In this document: positions 29,542 through 37,443 of the stretch, in pieces
Numbering within the stretch: the first letter of the stretch is position 1
Layout: every line of letters starts with the position of its first letter
Assembly: GCA_965219085.1 (NCBI GenBank)
Contig: OZ244720.1
Span: 1,632,001-1,696,000 of the forward strand
Direction: 5' to 3'
Length of the DNA: 64,000 nucleotides
From: Dehalococcoidia bacterium
Lineage (GTDB): Bacteria > Chloroflexota > Dehalococcoidia > UBA2979
The notes under the pieces: generated by a model
Told to the model about the DNA's origin: nothing
The model's database searches: none
Seen by the model: only the letters and a program-made list of their open reading frames with translations
Translations under genes and position numbers: made by a program

Positions 29542-31418
29542 TAGCCGCCGCCCCCGCCGTCGATGAGCGCGAGCGAGGCGCTCGCCTCCTCCTGGTCACG
29601 CAGTTCGAGGTCGTAGATCTGGCGGTAGAAGCCGTCGGCCGCCAGGAGCTCCTCGTGGCGGCCGTGTTCGACGATCTCGCCGTCGCGGAGCACGATGATC
29701 TGGTCTGCGGCCTTCACGGTGCGGAGCCGCTGGGCGATGACGAAGGTCGTGCGGTTCTCCATCAGCGCCTGCAGCGCCTCATGGATCTCGTACTCGGTGC
29801 GCATGTCCACCGACGCCGTCGAGTCGTCGAGGATGAGCACGCGCGGGTCGCGCAGTAGCGTGCGGGCGATCGAGATGCGCTGGCGCTGGCCACCCGAGAG
29901 CGTGGTGCCGCGCTCGCCGACCCACGTGTCGTAGCCCTCCGGCATGTCCATGATGAAGTCGTGGATCTTCGCCGCCTTCGCGGCGGCCTCGATCTGCTCG
30001 TCGGTTGCGTCCGGGAGGCCGTAGGCGATGTTCTCGCGGATGGTGCCGATGAACAGGAAGAGGTCCTGCTGCACGATGCCGATGGCGTTGCGCAGCGACT
30101 CGAGGGTGACGTCGCGCACATCCTCGCCGTCGATGGTGATGCGGCCGGAGGTCGCGTCGTAGAAGCGCGGCAGCAGGTTGACGACGGTGGACTTGCCGGA
30201 CCCCGTCGGCCCGAGCAGGGCGACGGTGTCGCCGGGCTTCGCGTGCACATCGAGGTTGCGGAGTACGCGGTCCGTGGCGCCGTACTCGAACGAGACGCCC
30301 TCGAAGCGGACGTCGCCTGAGCCCTCGCCGAGGGGCGTGGCGTCCGCTCGCTCCTGCACGGCGGACTCGGCGTCGAGGATCTCGAAGATGCGCGCGCCGG
30401 TGGAGTGGGCGCGCGCGAACATCATGATGATCCAGCCGATGGAGCGGACCGGCACTTGCAGCAGCGTGAGGTAGAGCTGGAACGCGGCCAGGTCGCCGAC
30501 GGTCATGCGCCCGGCCTGGATCTCGGTCGCCCCGGCCCAGAACACGACGGCCAGCGAGAGCAGCCACAGCGACTGCAGGAACGGCTCGTTGAAGGCCTGG
30601 AACTTGCTGGTGGAGTAGGACCACTTGAAGAGCTCGTCGACCTTCTCGTCGAACTTCCGTTGCTCGAAGTCGGTGCGGGAGAAGGCCTTCACCACGCGCT
30701 GACCGGTGAGGTTCTCCTGCAGGACGTTCGACATGTCGCCCTGGAGGTCCTGCACCTTGAGCCAGATCGGCCGCAGCCGGGCGGAGGTCCAAATGCTCTG
30801 GATGGCGATGAACGGCACGAAGCCGAGCGCGATCAGCCCCACCGTGGTGTTCGTCGAGATCATCAGCCCGTAGACGCCGCCGAGGAGCGCGAAGACGAAG
30901 AGCAGGCGGATCACGCCCATCGAGACGAACATGCGGACGCCTTCGACGTCCTGTGTCGCCCTCGACATGATCTGCCCGATCTGCGAGCTGTCGTGGTAGG
31001 CGTAGCTGAGCCGCTGGAGGTGGTCGTAGAGGTCGTTGCGGAAGTCGTAGGCGACGGCCTGCGAGATGTGCTCGCCGAGATAGGTCTGGGCGTACATGAA
31101 CACGCCACGCGCCACCCCGACCGTGACGAGCAACCCGACCGCGAACAGCAGCGTGGTGAGCGTGCCGCGCGCGACGGTCTCCTCGACGCCCCCGATGCCC
31201 TCGACGGTGGCGATGTCGAGGCCGGCGTCGATGGCAAGGCCGGTGAGGTAGGGCGCGGCGACGTTGAGCGCGGTGGCGGCGACGACGACGACGATGGCGA
31301 GGACAAACGCTCGCCAGTAACGGAAGGCACGACCAATCAGCCGTATCTGCACGGGCCAGCGCGGACCGGACAAAGGCCCGCGTTCTCGATGGACGAGCGT
31401 GATTTGTGAAACCGTCAC
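29541..31418 (-). CDS. ABC exporter, fused permease/ATPase (degenerate-site subunit)
   Basis: GPTGSGKS, LSGGQRQR, ILDDST (E to D), IAQR (H to Q): TM287/288-type heterodimer. Confidence 0.92.
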   Translation of the reverse strand: MTVSQITLVHRERGPLSGPRWPVQIRLIGRAFRYWRAFVLAIVVVVAATALNVAAPYLTGLAIDAGLDIATVEGIGGVEETVARGTLTTLLFAVGLLVTVGVARGVFMYAQTYLGEHISQAVAYDFRNDLYDHLQRLSYAYHDSSQIGQIMSRATQDVEGVRMFVSMGVIRLLFVFALLGGVYGLMISTNTTVGLIALGFVPFIAIQSIWTSARLRPIWLKVQDLQGDMSNVLQENLTGQRVVKAFSRTDFEQRKFDEKVDELFKWSYSTSKFQAFNEPFLQSLWLLSLAVVFWAGATEIQAGRMTVGDLAAFQLYLTLLQVPVRSIGWIIMMFARAHSTGARIFEILDAESAVQERADATPLGEGSGDVRFEGVSFEYGATDRVLRNLDVHAKPGDTVALLGPTGSGKSTVVNLLPRFYDATSGRITIDGEDVRDVTLESLRNAIGIVQQDLFLFIGTIRENIAYGLPDATDEQIEAAAKAAKIHDFIMDMPEGYDTWVGERGTTLSGGQRQRISIARTLLRDPRVLILDDSTASVDMRTEYEIHEALQALMENRTTFVIAQRLRTVKAADQIIVLRDGEIVEHGRHEELLAADGFYRQIYDLELRDQEEASASLALIDGGGGG

Positions 31419-31510
31419 CCCGGTGAGTCTACCTCACGTCTGACGTTAGGGGCGGACTGCCATCGCTAGTCGTCATGTGATTAGCGAAATCCGGACGGCA
31501 CGCACGCTCG

Positions 31511-31536
31511 TAATCATCGATTATATATGTATAATC
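31511..31536. promoter_or_regulatory. AT-rich palindrome with back-to-back TATAAT -10 boxes
   Basis: GATTATATATGTATAATC (31519-31536); TATAAT on + at 31530-31535 and on - at 31525-31520, between divergent genes. Confidence 0.6.
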
Positions 31537-31559
31537 TCTCCGCTCACACGGAGTGCGGA

Positions 31560-32549
31560 ATGGCTCACGTCCTCGCGCGTCACCGACCCCATCGGCGGCT
31601 TGCGCACGGGCACGTCCCGCGGTGGATGCTCATCTCCGCGGCGCTCGCATACGCCGCCGTCGCAGGCTGTTTCGGCGGCGAGGCGGACGACGCACAGGTC
31701 GGGACGCCTGCCCCATCACCGACGCCGGAGGTGACGGCCCCGGCTCCGCCCGTTGCGACGGCCACGCCCACGCCCGGGACGCCGTCGCCCGAGTCGCTCG
31801 ACGCGGCCCTACAGGCGCTGATCGGCAGCATGCAGGGTGGCGGCACGGATCCGTTCGCCGGACCGCCGGAGTCGCTGCCGCCGGAGTTGCGGGCGCTCCT
31901 CGAAGCACTCGGCATTGATCTGCTGGTCGGCGCGGCGGTGACCGAGATCGGCGGCGTCCTGGCGGTTGAGGCGGTGTTCGCGGGGTCGCCGGCCGAGCGC
32001 GCGGGCCTGCTCGTGGGCGACATCGTCATCGCGATCGATGGGGCGCCGCTGCGCACCGCGGCCGAGCTGCGCGCAGCGGTGCAGGCGGTGATAGCCGGCG
32101 AGGTCTACGCGCTGACGCTGCACAGCGGCGGCACGACGCGCGTCGTCGATGTCGAGCGTACGCATGCGGAGGACTCATTCTGGCGGTCGGACATGCTGCG
32201 CACGCTGGCGCTTGGCTTGATGCTCGCCAACCGCCCGGGCGGGCTGGCGTTGCCGCCGTCGCTGCTTGGCGAACTGCTGGAGGAGACGCCCGACGGCCTG
32301 CGCGTGTTCGCCGTCTTCCCCGGCTCGCCCGCCGACTCAGCCGGACTGCGCGCGGGCGACTACGTCCTCGCCATCGAGGGCCGCCCGATGCGCACCCTCG
32401 ATGACCTCAACGCGCTGATGACCACCTTCAACCCGATCGCCGGCGAGACCGAGGTCACGCTGCGCCGTGATGGCGAAGAGATGACGGTCCGAGTTGCGTT
32501 CCGGATCGGCGGGCTGTTCGGCGCCGGGACGCCGATACAGGTGGAGTAA
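31560..32549 (+). CDS. secreted/lipoprotein with two PDZ domains
   Basis: VAGC lipobox-like motif, PT linker, GSPAERAGL..GD and GSPADSAGLRAGD. Confidence 0.8.
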   Translation: MAHVLARHRPHRRLAHGHVPRWMLISAALAYAAVAGCFGGEADDAQVGTPAPSPTPEVTAPAPPVATATPTPGTPSPESLDAALQALIGSMQGGGTDPFAGPPESLPPELRALLEALGIDLLVGAAVTEIGGVLAVEAVFAGSPAERAGLLVGDIVIAIDGAPLRTAAELRAAVQAVIAGEVYALTLHSGGTTRVVDVERTHAEDSFWRSDMLRTLALGLMLANRPGGLALPPSLLGELLEETPDGLRVFAVFPGSPADSAGLRAGDYVLAIEGRPMRTLDDLNALMTTFNPIAGETEVTLRRDGEEMTVRVAFRIGGLFGAGTPIQVE

Positions 32550-32560
32550 CTCGCCCCCGC

Positions 32561-33826
32561 TCATGGCGCCGCTTCCAGCAGCCCCGTGTCGTCGCGAGGG
32601 AACACCGGCGCCCACGTGATGTCGGTGCGCACGCCCTCGAACGAGCGGCCTGTGTGGTGGGCGAGCACGCGCAGCATGAGCGCGTCGCGCTGCCGCAACG
32701 CGGCGGTGCGGATCAGCCGCTTGCGCGCCACCTTGCGCAGCAGCGGGTCGAGCTCGATGCGCAGCGCGACGCCCGAGTGGTCGCCGCCACCGTCGCCGAA
32801 GGCGACCCGCGGCGTCTCCGCAAGGTCGTGCAACGTGCGGTACACCAGGTCGACGTAGTCGACGTGGAGGCGCACGCCGCCGCCCTGCAGCAGATCCAGC
32901 AGGTACGCGCGCGCCTGCTCCGGCAGCTCCCACACGGCGCCCGGCTGCACGGCGATGTCGCGTGACGCCTCGACGTTCTCGAGCACGGCGATGGGGTTGC
33001 CGGACAGCTCGATGATGCGACTGAGCTGCGTGAGCGCGCGGTTGAGTTCGACGATCGATTCGCGCAGCGGCTCGATGTCGGAGACGCCCCAGAGGTGCTT
33101 GGGGCGCGGCACGTTGGGGTAGAGCACAAACGGGATCACGCCGTACGGATTGGCTCGCGCCTCGGCGAGCTCCTCCTCGACCCAGAACTCGAAGCGGTCT
33201 GCGGTCCACACCTCCGTGACCTGCGCCGAGGCGGCCGGCTGGCCGCCTGCGCCGCGCGGCAGCCGGCCCGTGCGCGCCTCGACCTGCTCGGGCGCGACCT
33301 CGTAGCGGGACGCGACACGCCAGATGCGGCGCACGTCGTCGCCCAGGCTCCACACGTGCAGGCCCTGCACGTCGGGCGCGGAGACGACGACGCGCTGCTC
33401 GCGCTCGTCCCACGTCACCTTGTACGCGCCGTCGCCGAGCACTGCGGTGTCGAGCTCGCCGTCGAGATCGAGCCGCAGCAGGTCGTTCGCCTCCCACAGT
33501 TCGAGCAGCGCCTGCTCGGCCTCGGCGGCGCGACGGCGGCCCTCGGACGTCTCCCCGGTCGCGGTGACCACCGGGCGGTGGTCGCTCACGAGGTAGGCGG
33601 CGCCTTTCTCGACGAACGCGCGGGCGTAGTTGAACTGCAGCATGCGCTCGCGCGGCGACCCGGCTGGCGCGCCGCGGCGGCCCTCGAAGAAGTCGAGCAG
33701 CTCGCGGTAACGCGCGAATCGGGCGCGGTCGCGCTGCGCGAGCGTGCGCGGGAACGGCACGTGCGCGGCGGACGAGGCTGTCGAGGGAGCCCGCGGGATG
33801 CCGAGGCTCGTGACGGTGGCGGTCAT
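32561..33826 (-). CDS. phage portal protein (SPP1 Gp6-like)
   Basis: LLDFFEG, FNYARAFV, WEAND, VLGDG.YKV.WD, NPYGVIPFV..PN, WGVSDI, SGVAL; 421 aa; downstream of the terminase. Confidence 0.82.
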   Translation of the reverse strand: MTATVTSLGIPRAPSTASSAAHVPFPRTLAQRDRARFARYRELLDFFEGRRGAPAGSPRERMLQFNYARAFVEKGAAYLVSDHRPVVTATGETSEGRRRAAEAEQALLELWEANDLLRLDLDGELDTAVLGDGAYKVTWDEREQRVVVSAPDVQGLHVWSLGDDVRRIWRVASRYEVAPEQVEARTGRLPRGAGGQPAASAQVTEVWTADRFEFWVEEELAEARANPYGVIPFVLYPNVPRPKHLWGVSDIEPLRESIVELNRALTQLSRIIELSGNPIAVLENVEASRDIAVQPGAVWELPEQARAYLLDLLQGGGVRLHVDYVDLVYRTLHDLAETPRVAFGDGGGDHSGVALRIELDPLLRKVARKRLIRTAALRQRDALMLRVLAHHTGRSFEGVRTDITWAPVFPRDDTGLLEAAP

Positions 33827-34206
33827 CGGGACGTCTCCTTCGTGCTGTTTCGCGCCGGCGCGCCCTCGCGGGCCGGTTTGCGCTGCGTGCCGTGGGCGCC
33901 TTCGAGCGCGCGGAACACGGTGCGGCGCGAGACCTGGAAGCGGCGCGCGATCTCGTTCACCGGCGCCTCGTCGTCGAAGCGCATGCGGCGGATCTCACGG
34001 TCGCGCGTGCGGTTGAGCATCGCGCGCACGCCGCCAGGCTCGTCGTAGCGGCAGCGTGGCAGTGGGCAGCTCAGGCACGAGGGGAACAGGTCGCAGCCGC
34101 GGTCGCGGTAGTCGACGTGCTCGGGCAACGCGTCCTCGCGCGCCAGCCGCGGCTGCACCTCGGGGGGTTCGAGGGTCGGTGTCGGGCTCGGTGAAGCGTG
34201 ACTCAT
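33823..34206 (-). CDS. Cys4-cluster plus HTH protein
   Basis: GCDLFPSCLSCPLPRCRYD followed by VNEIARRFQVSRRTVFRAL. Confidence 0.8.
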   Translation of the reverse strand: MSHASPSPTPTLEPPEVQPRLAREDALPEHVDYRDRGCDLFPSCLSCPLPRCRYDEPGGVRAMLNRTRDREIRRMRFDDEAPVNEIARRFQVSRRTVFRALEGAHGTQRKPAREGAPARNSTKETSR

Positions 34207-35627
34207 GCGGATACCTCCAGGTGGTCAGGCGCGCTGAGCGCGCCGCGGCCCCGCGCCGTACGCGATCCGCCCGCGTCGCGGGCGGCGTCGACGGCAAGCG
34301 CGAGGCTCATCAGGTAGTCGTCGTGTCCCTCGCCGGGGTCGACGTGGAACTGCATCGTGCGTTCGTCGCGGTAGACGGCGCGGGCCAGCTCCAGCTGTCG
34401 GCGGCACTCGGCGGCCTCGGCCGAGCCGTCCGCGCGGTACAGCCGGAGCCGCCCGGAATGCGCCGCCGCGAGCAGGCCGAAGCCGAGCTGCGACTTGCGC
34501 GGCGTGCTGAACACCACCGCATCGACGCGGCCGGCGGGGAGACGGCGCGTGAGCAGGTCGGCGATGGGTGCGCCGAGGCCCGTCGCGTCGACGGCGAGGC
34601 GGCGCACGCGCCAGACGTTGCGCAGCCGGTCGGCCAGCGTCCCGACGATCGCGTCGGTCGCCTCGCCGCGCCACGCCTGGTGCTCGACCACCTCGATCGC
34701 CGGCAGCCCGCCTGTTTCCGAGCGCACGCGCGCGATGGTCAGCACGGTCCAGTCGCGGTCGCCGCCCTGTGCGCGGCCGTCGAGGGCCGGCCCCGCGAGG
34801 TCGAGGCCGGCGACGTAGCGCTCGCCGGGAAGGGGCGAGCGCAGCCGGTCGTGGCGACCCTCGATCTGTGCGCGCACGGCAGCGTCGAGCAGGCGATCCT
34901 CGTCGTGCAGCACCTCGAGGAGGTACTGCGTGCGGAAGATCGGGTGGCGCTCGCCGAGCCGCGCACGCTCGCCGTCGACGTACGCCCCGTAGGCGGGGTT
35001 GTAGTCGGCGACGCGCTGCCAGTCGACGCGGAAGTGGCGGCGCGGGCCGCCCGCCCGCTCGGCGTCGAGGTGCTGGGCCTCGGCCTGCGCGAGCAGTGAG
35101 CGCGGCCCCCACGGCGTGCCGTAGTAGACGACGGGCGCGTTGGTCGAGGCCGCCATCGGGCGGAAGTCGCGGTCGAACTTGTCCGGCCGCACGTCCTGCG
35201 CCTCGTCGACCTCGAGCAGCACGTCGGCCGTGTGGCCCACGACGTTCGCGCCGGGCTCGGCGGAGAGGTAGCGCACGCTCGCGCGGCCGCAGCGCACCGT
35301 CGCGGCGCCCTCGCGCGCGACGATGCGTTCGAGGCCCGCCTCGCGTGCGCGGGCGAGCAGCCGGTCGCGCGAGAGCACGGCCTGGGGCGCGAACGTCGGC
35401 GCGCACTTCACGACCGTGCCGCCGCGCGTCGCGCGCGTGAGCAGCAGCGCGAGCTCGACCTGCGCCGAGATCTCGTTCTTGCCGCCCTGGCGCGCGATCA
35501 GCACGGAGATCGAGCCGCCCTCGCGCGCTGCGGTCATGGCGAGGATCGCGCGGGCGACCTCGGCCTGGTACGGGCGGAGCTTCGGCAGCGCCCGCTCGCG
35601 TGGCGCCGGCGGCGCGAGGGCGCTCAT
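34203..35627 (-). CDS. terminase large subunit
   Basis: LRPYQ (adenine motif), ARQGGKN (Walker A), LLEVDEAQ (Walker B), GTPW; RNaseH-fold AGLDLAG, DWTV, VDATGLG, HDDYLMSLALA. Confidence 0.88.
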   Translation of the reverse strand: MSALAPPAPRERALPKLRPYQAEVARAILAMTAAREGGSISVLIARQGGKNEISAQVELALLLTRATRGGTVVKCAPTFAPQAVLSRDRLLARAREAGLERIVAREGAATVRCGRASVRYLSAEPGANVVGHTADVLLEVDEAQDVRPDKFDRDFRPMAASTNAPVVYYGTPWGPRSLLAQAEAQHLDAERAGGPRRHFRVDWQRVADYNPAYGAYVDGERARLGERHPIFRTQYLLEVLHDEDRLLDAAVRAQIEGRHDRLRSPLPGERYVAGLDLAGPALDGRAQGGDRDWTVLTIARVRSETGGLPAIEVVEHQAWRGEATDAIVGTLADRLRNVWRVRRLAVDATGLGAPIADLLTRRLPAGRVDAVVFSTPRKSQLGFGLLAAAHSGRLRLYRADGSAEAAECRRQLELARAVYRDERTMQFHVDPGEGHDDYLMSLALAVDAARDAGGSRTARGRGALSAPDHLEVSA

Positions 35628-35851
35628 CCGCCCACCACCCGGCTCAGCAGCTCGGTGATGCCGACGCCGACCACGGTCAGGAACAGCGCCGTGATGCGGC
35701 CGCGCAGCTCGGACAGCTCGCGCTCCACGCGGTCGAGCCGCCCGGCGAGGTCGTGCGGCGGCGGCAGGAGAGCCTGCGAGGCGCCGCGAGGACGAGCGAG
35801 CCTGCGCACAGCCTCGGCGAGCCGGTCGCGGGGTGGGCGGCGGCTACTCAC
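35624..35851 (-). CDS. small coiled-coil protein with C-terminal TM
   Basis: RLDRVERELSELRGRI then TALFLTVVGVGITELL; overlaps both neighbours. Confidence 0.65.
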   Translation of the reverse strand: MSSRRPPRDRLAEAVRRLARPRGASQALLPPPHDLAGRLDRVERELSELRGRITALFLTVVGVGITELLSRVVGG

Positions 35852-36164
35852 GGGCCGCCCCCAGCACCTCGCCGAACTCCTCGAGCACGTTCGCCACGGC
35901 GTCGCCGAGGTGCTCCGCCTGCTTCGGGGAGAGCCGATGCTGCGCGAGCAGCGCCTGCACCAGCAGGCGCACGCCGCTCTGCAGCACCTTCGGGTCGACG
36001 TCTCCGTCACGGCCGGCGAGGGCGCGGCGAAGCTGCAGCCGCAGCAGCGCGACCTCGTCGCCGAGACCCTCGACCTCGCGCGCGACGTGGAAGTCGTGGC
36101 GGTCGGTGGCCTCCAGTACGGAGTCGTAGAAGGAGCTGCGCGTGGGGCGCTCGATGGGGCTCAC
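35844..36164 (-). CDS. putative terminase small subunit-like helical protein
   Basis: FYDSVL...EGLGDEVALLRLQL...LVQALLAQHRL; size and position upstream of terL. Confidence 0.55.
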   Translation of the reverse strand: MSPIERPTRSSFYDSVLEATDRHDFHVAREVEGLGDEVALLRLQLRRALAGRDGDVDPKVLQSGVRLLVQALLAQHRLSPKQAEHLGDAVANVLEEFGEVLGAARE

Positions 36165-36307
36165 CGGCGTTCCACGCTGAGCAGCGCGATCATCTCGTCG
36201 CGCGTCTCGGGCGCGGCCGTGTCGAGCGCGCGGAGCACGCCCAGCACAAGCCGCAGCGCCGCCGCCTCGTAGCGCTGTTCGCGCAGCGCAACGTCCAGGG
36301 CGCTCAT
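36161..36307 (-). CDS. 48-aa hypothetical protein
   Basis: MSALDVALREQRYEAAALRLVLG...; ATGA/GTGA coupling on both sides. Confidence 0.6.
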   Translation of the reverse strand: MSALDVALREQRYEAAALRLVLGVLRALDTAAPETRDEMIALLSVERR

Positions 36308-36585
36308 CGCCCGGCCCCCAACGCGATGACGACGCCGGTGGCGGCGTTCGCGAGCAGCAGCGGGGCGCGCAGCAGCGCGCCCGCGGCGCCGGGCTCGGAC
36401 AGCCCGAGCGCCGCGACGGCGTCGAGGCTGATCGCGGCGAACAGCACCGTGAGCAGCAGCGCGCCGAGGCGTCGTGCGCCTCGCGCCTTGAAGCCGCGGT
36501 GCGCGAAGTAGGCGGCGTTCGCCGCGCCGGCGCCGGCGATCGCGGCATGTTCGGCGATGGCGACGCCGGACCAGAATGGATGCAC
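36304..36585 (-). CDS. small multi-TM membrane protein, first gene of the terminase operon
   Basis: GTG 36585 after GAAGGGAAG; two to three hydrophobic helices. Confidence 0.6.
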   Translation of the reverse strand: MHPFWSGVAIAEHAAIAGAGAANAAYFAHRGFKARGARRLGALLLTVLFAAISLDAVAALGLSEPGAAGALLRAPLLLANAATGVVIALGAGR

Positions 36586-36628
36586 GGTCTTCCCTTCGTT
36601 GCGGCCGGGAGCGGGCCACGTGGAAGGG

Positions 36629-36658
36629 AGCGTAGAACACACGTTCGTGCCACGCCAA
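36629..36658 (-). promoter_or_regulatory. sigma70-type promoter with a LexA (Cheo-type) SOS box in the spacer
   Basis: -35 TTGGCG (36658-36653), 18-nt spacer, -10 TACGCT (36634-36629); GAAC-acac-GTTC at 36635-36646. Confidence 0.72.
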
Positions 36659-36705
36659 GCCGTGCCCGGCACGCACAACGAACCCGATAACGAGAACGAC
36701 TGGGC

Positions 36706-37335
36706 CTACAGCACGACCGCCGGGATGCTCACGCGTCGTTCGAGGTGCTCGCGCGTCTCGATCGCGAGCGGGTGGACCTCGCGGCCCATCGCGCGGTCGC
36801 GCTGCTCGGTGAGCGTGAGGTAGGCGAGCGCGGCCGCCTCGAGCGAGTCGTCGGCGAGGGCGAGCACCTGCCGGAGGGCGGGCCAGGCGTCGAGCTTCTT
36901 CTCCTCGACCTTGTCGGCGACGAACATCGACCACGCCTCGGGGCCGTAGTCGGGGTGGCCGGTGGTGTGGTAGCGGATCGCGTCGAGCACGCGCGAGTCG
37001 CGCACGCCGAAGCGCTCCTCGAGTTCGAGCGCGCCGAGGGGGCCGTGCAGCAGCACCGGGCGCTCGCGCTCCATCGGCAGCACGGCGAGGCCGCGCTGCT
37101 CGGCCTTGCGCAGCCACTCCTGCTTCGAGAGCGCACGCAGCAGGTCGTGGCCCTGGGCGGCGAGCAGCGCGGCCGCGAGGTCGGCGTCGTGGCCGCGGGC
37201 GAAGCGCTCGGTGAGGCCCACGACGCGCGCGATGTGCGCCATCATCACGGTCGGCACCTCGGGCGCCATGCGGCCGCGCAGCGCGAAGTGGTCGGGCTCG
37301 GTGCGGAAGGTGCGGCGCTCGCTCGTGTCCGGCAT
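36706..37335 (-). CDS. yqeK: HD-domain Ap4A hydrolase YqeK
   Basis: H..RV, GHDL, PVLLHG..GA, AIRYHTTG, FVADKVE. Confidence 0.85.
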   Translation of the reverse strand: MPDTSERRTFRTEPDHFALRGRMAPEVPTVMMAHIARVVGLTERFARGHDADLAAALLAAQGHDLLRALSKQEWLRKAEQRGLAVLPMERERPVLLHGPLGALELEERFGVRDSRVLDAIRYHTTGHPDYGPEAWSMFVADKVEEKKLDAWPALRQVLALADDSLEAAALAYLTLTEQRDRAMGREVHPLAIETREHLERRVSIPAVVL

Positions 37336-37443
37336 CGACGCCGATTGTACGGACGCGGCCGCGCGTCCGTACACGCGAAGGCGGCGCCGGAACACCGGCG
37401 CCGCCCTTTGCGTTGGGCCCCATGTGTGGTGCGCCGACGCTAG

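Noticed and set aside
31511-31536. dif site
   Set aside because: No XerD arm (TTATGTTAAAT-like) and the arm orientation does not fit.
32561-36585. Intact prophage or phage satellite
   Set aside because: No integrase, att sites, primase/replication, capsid, tail or endolysin genes; flanks are ordinary host genes. A remnant cannot be fully excluded.
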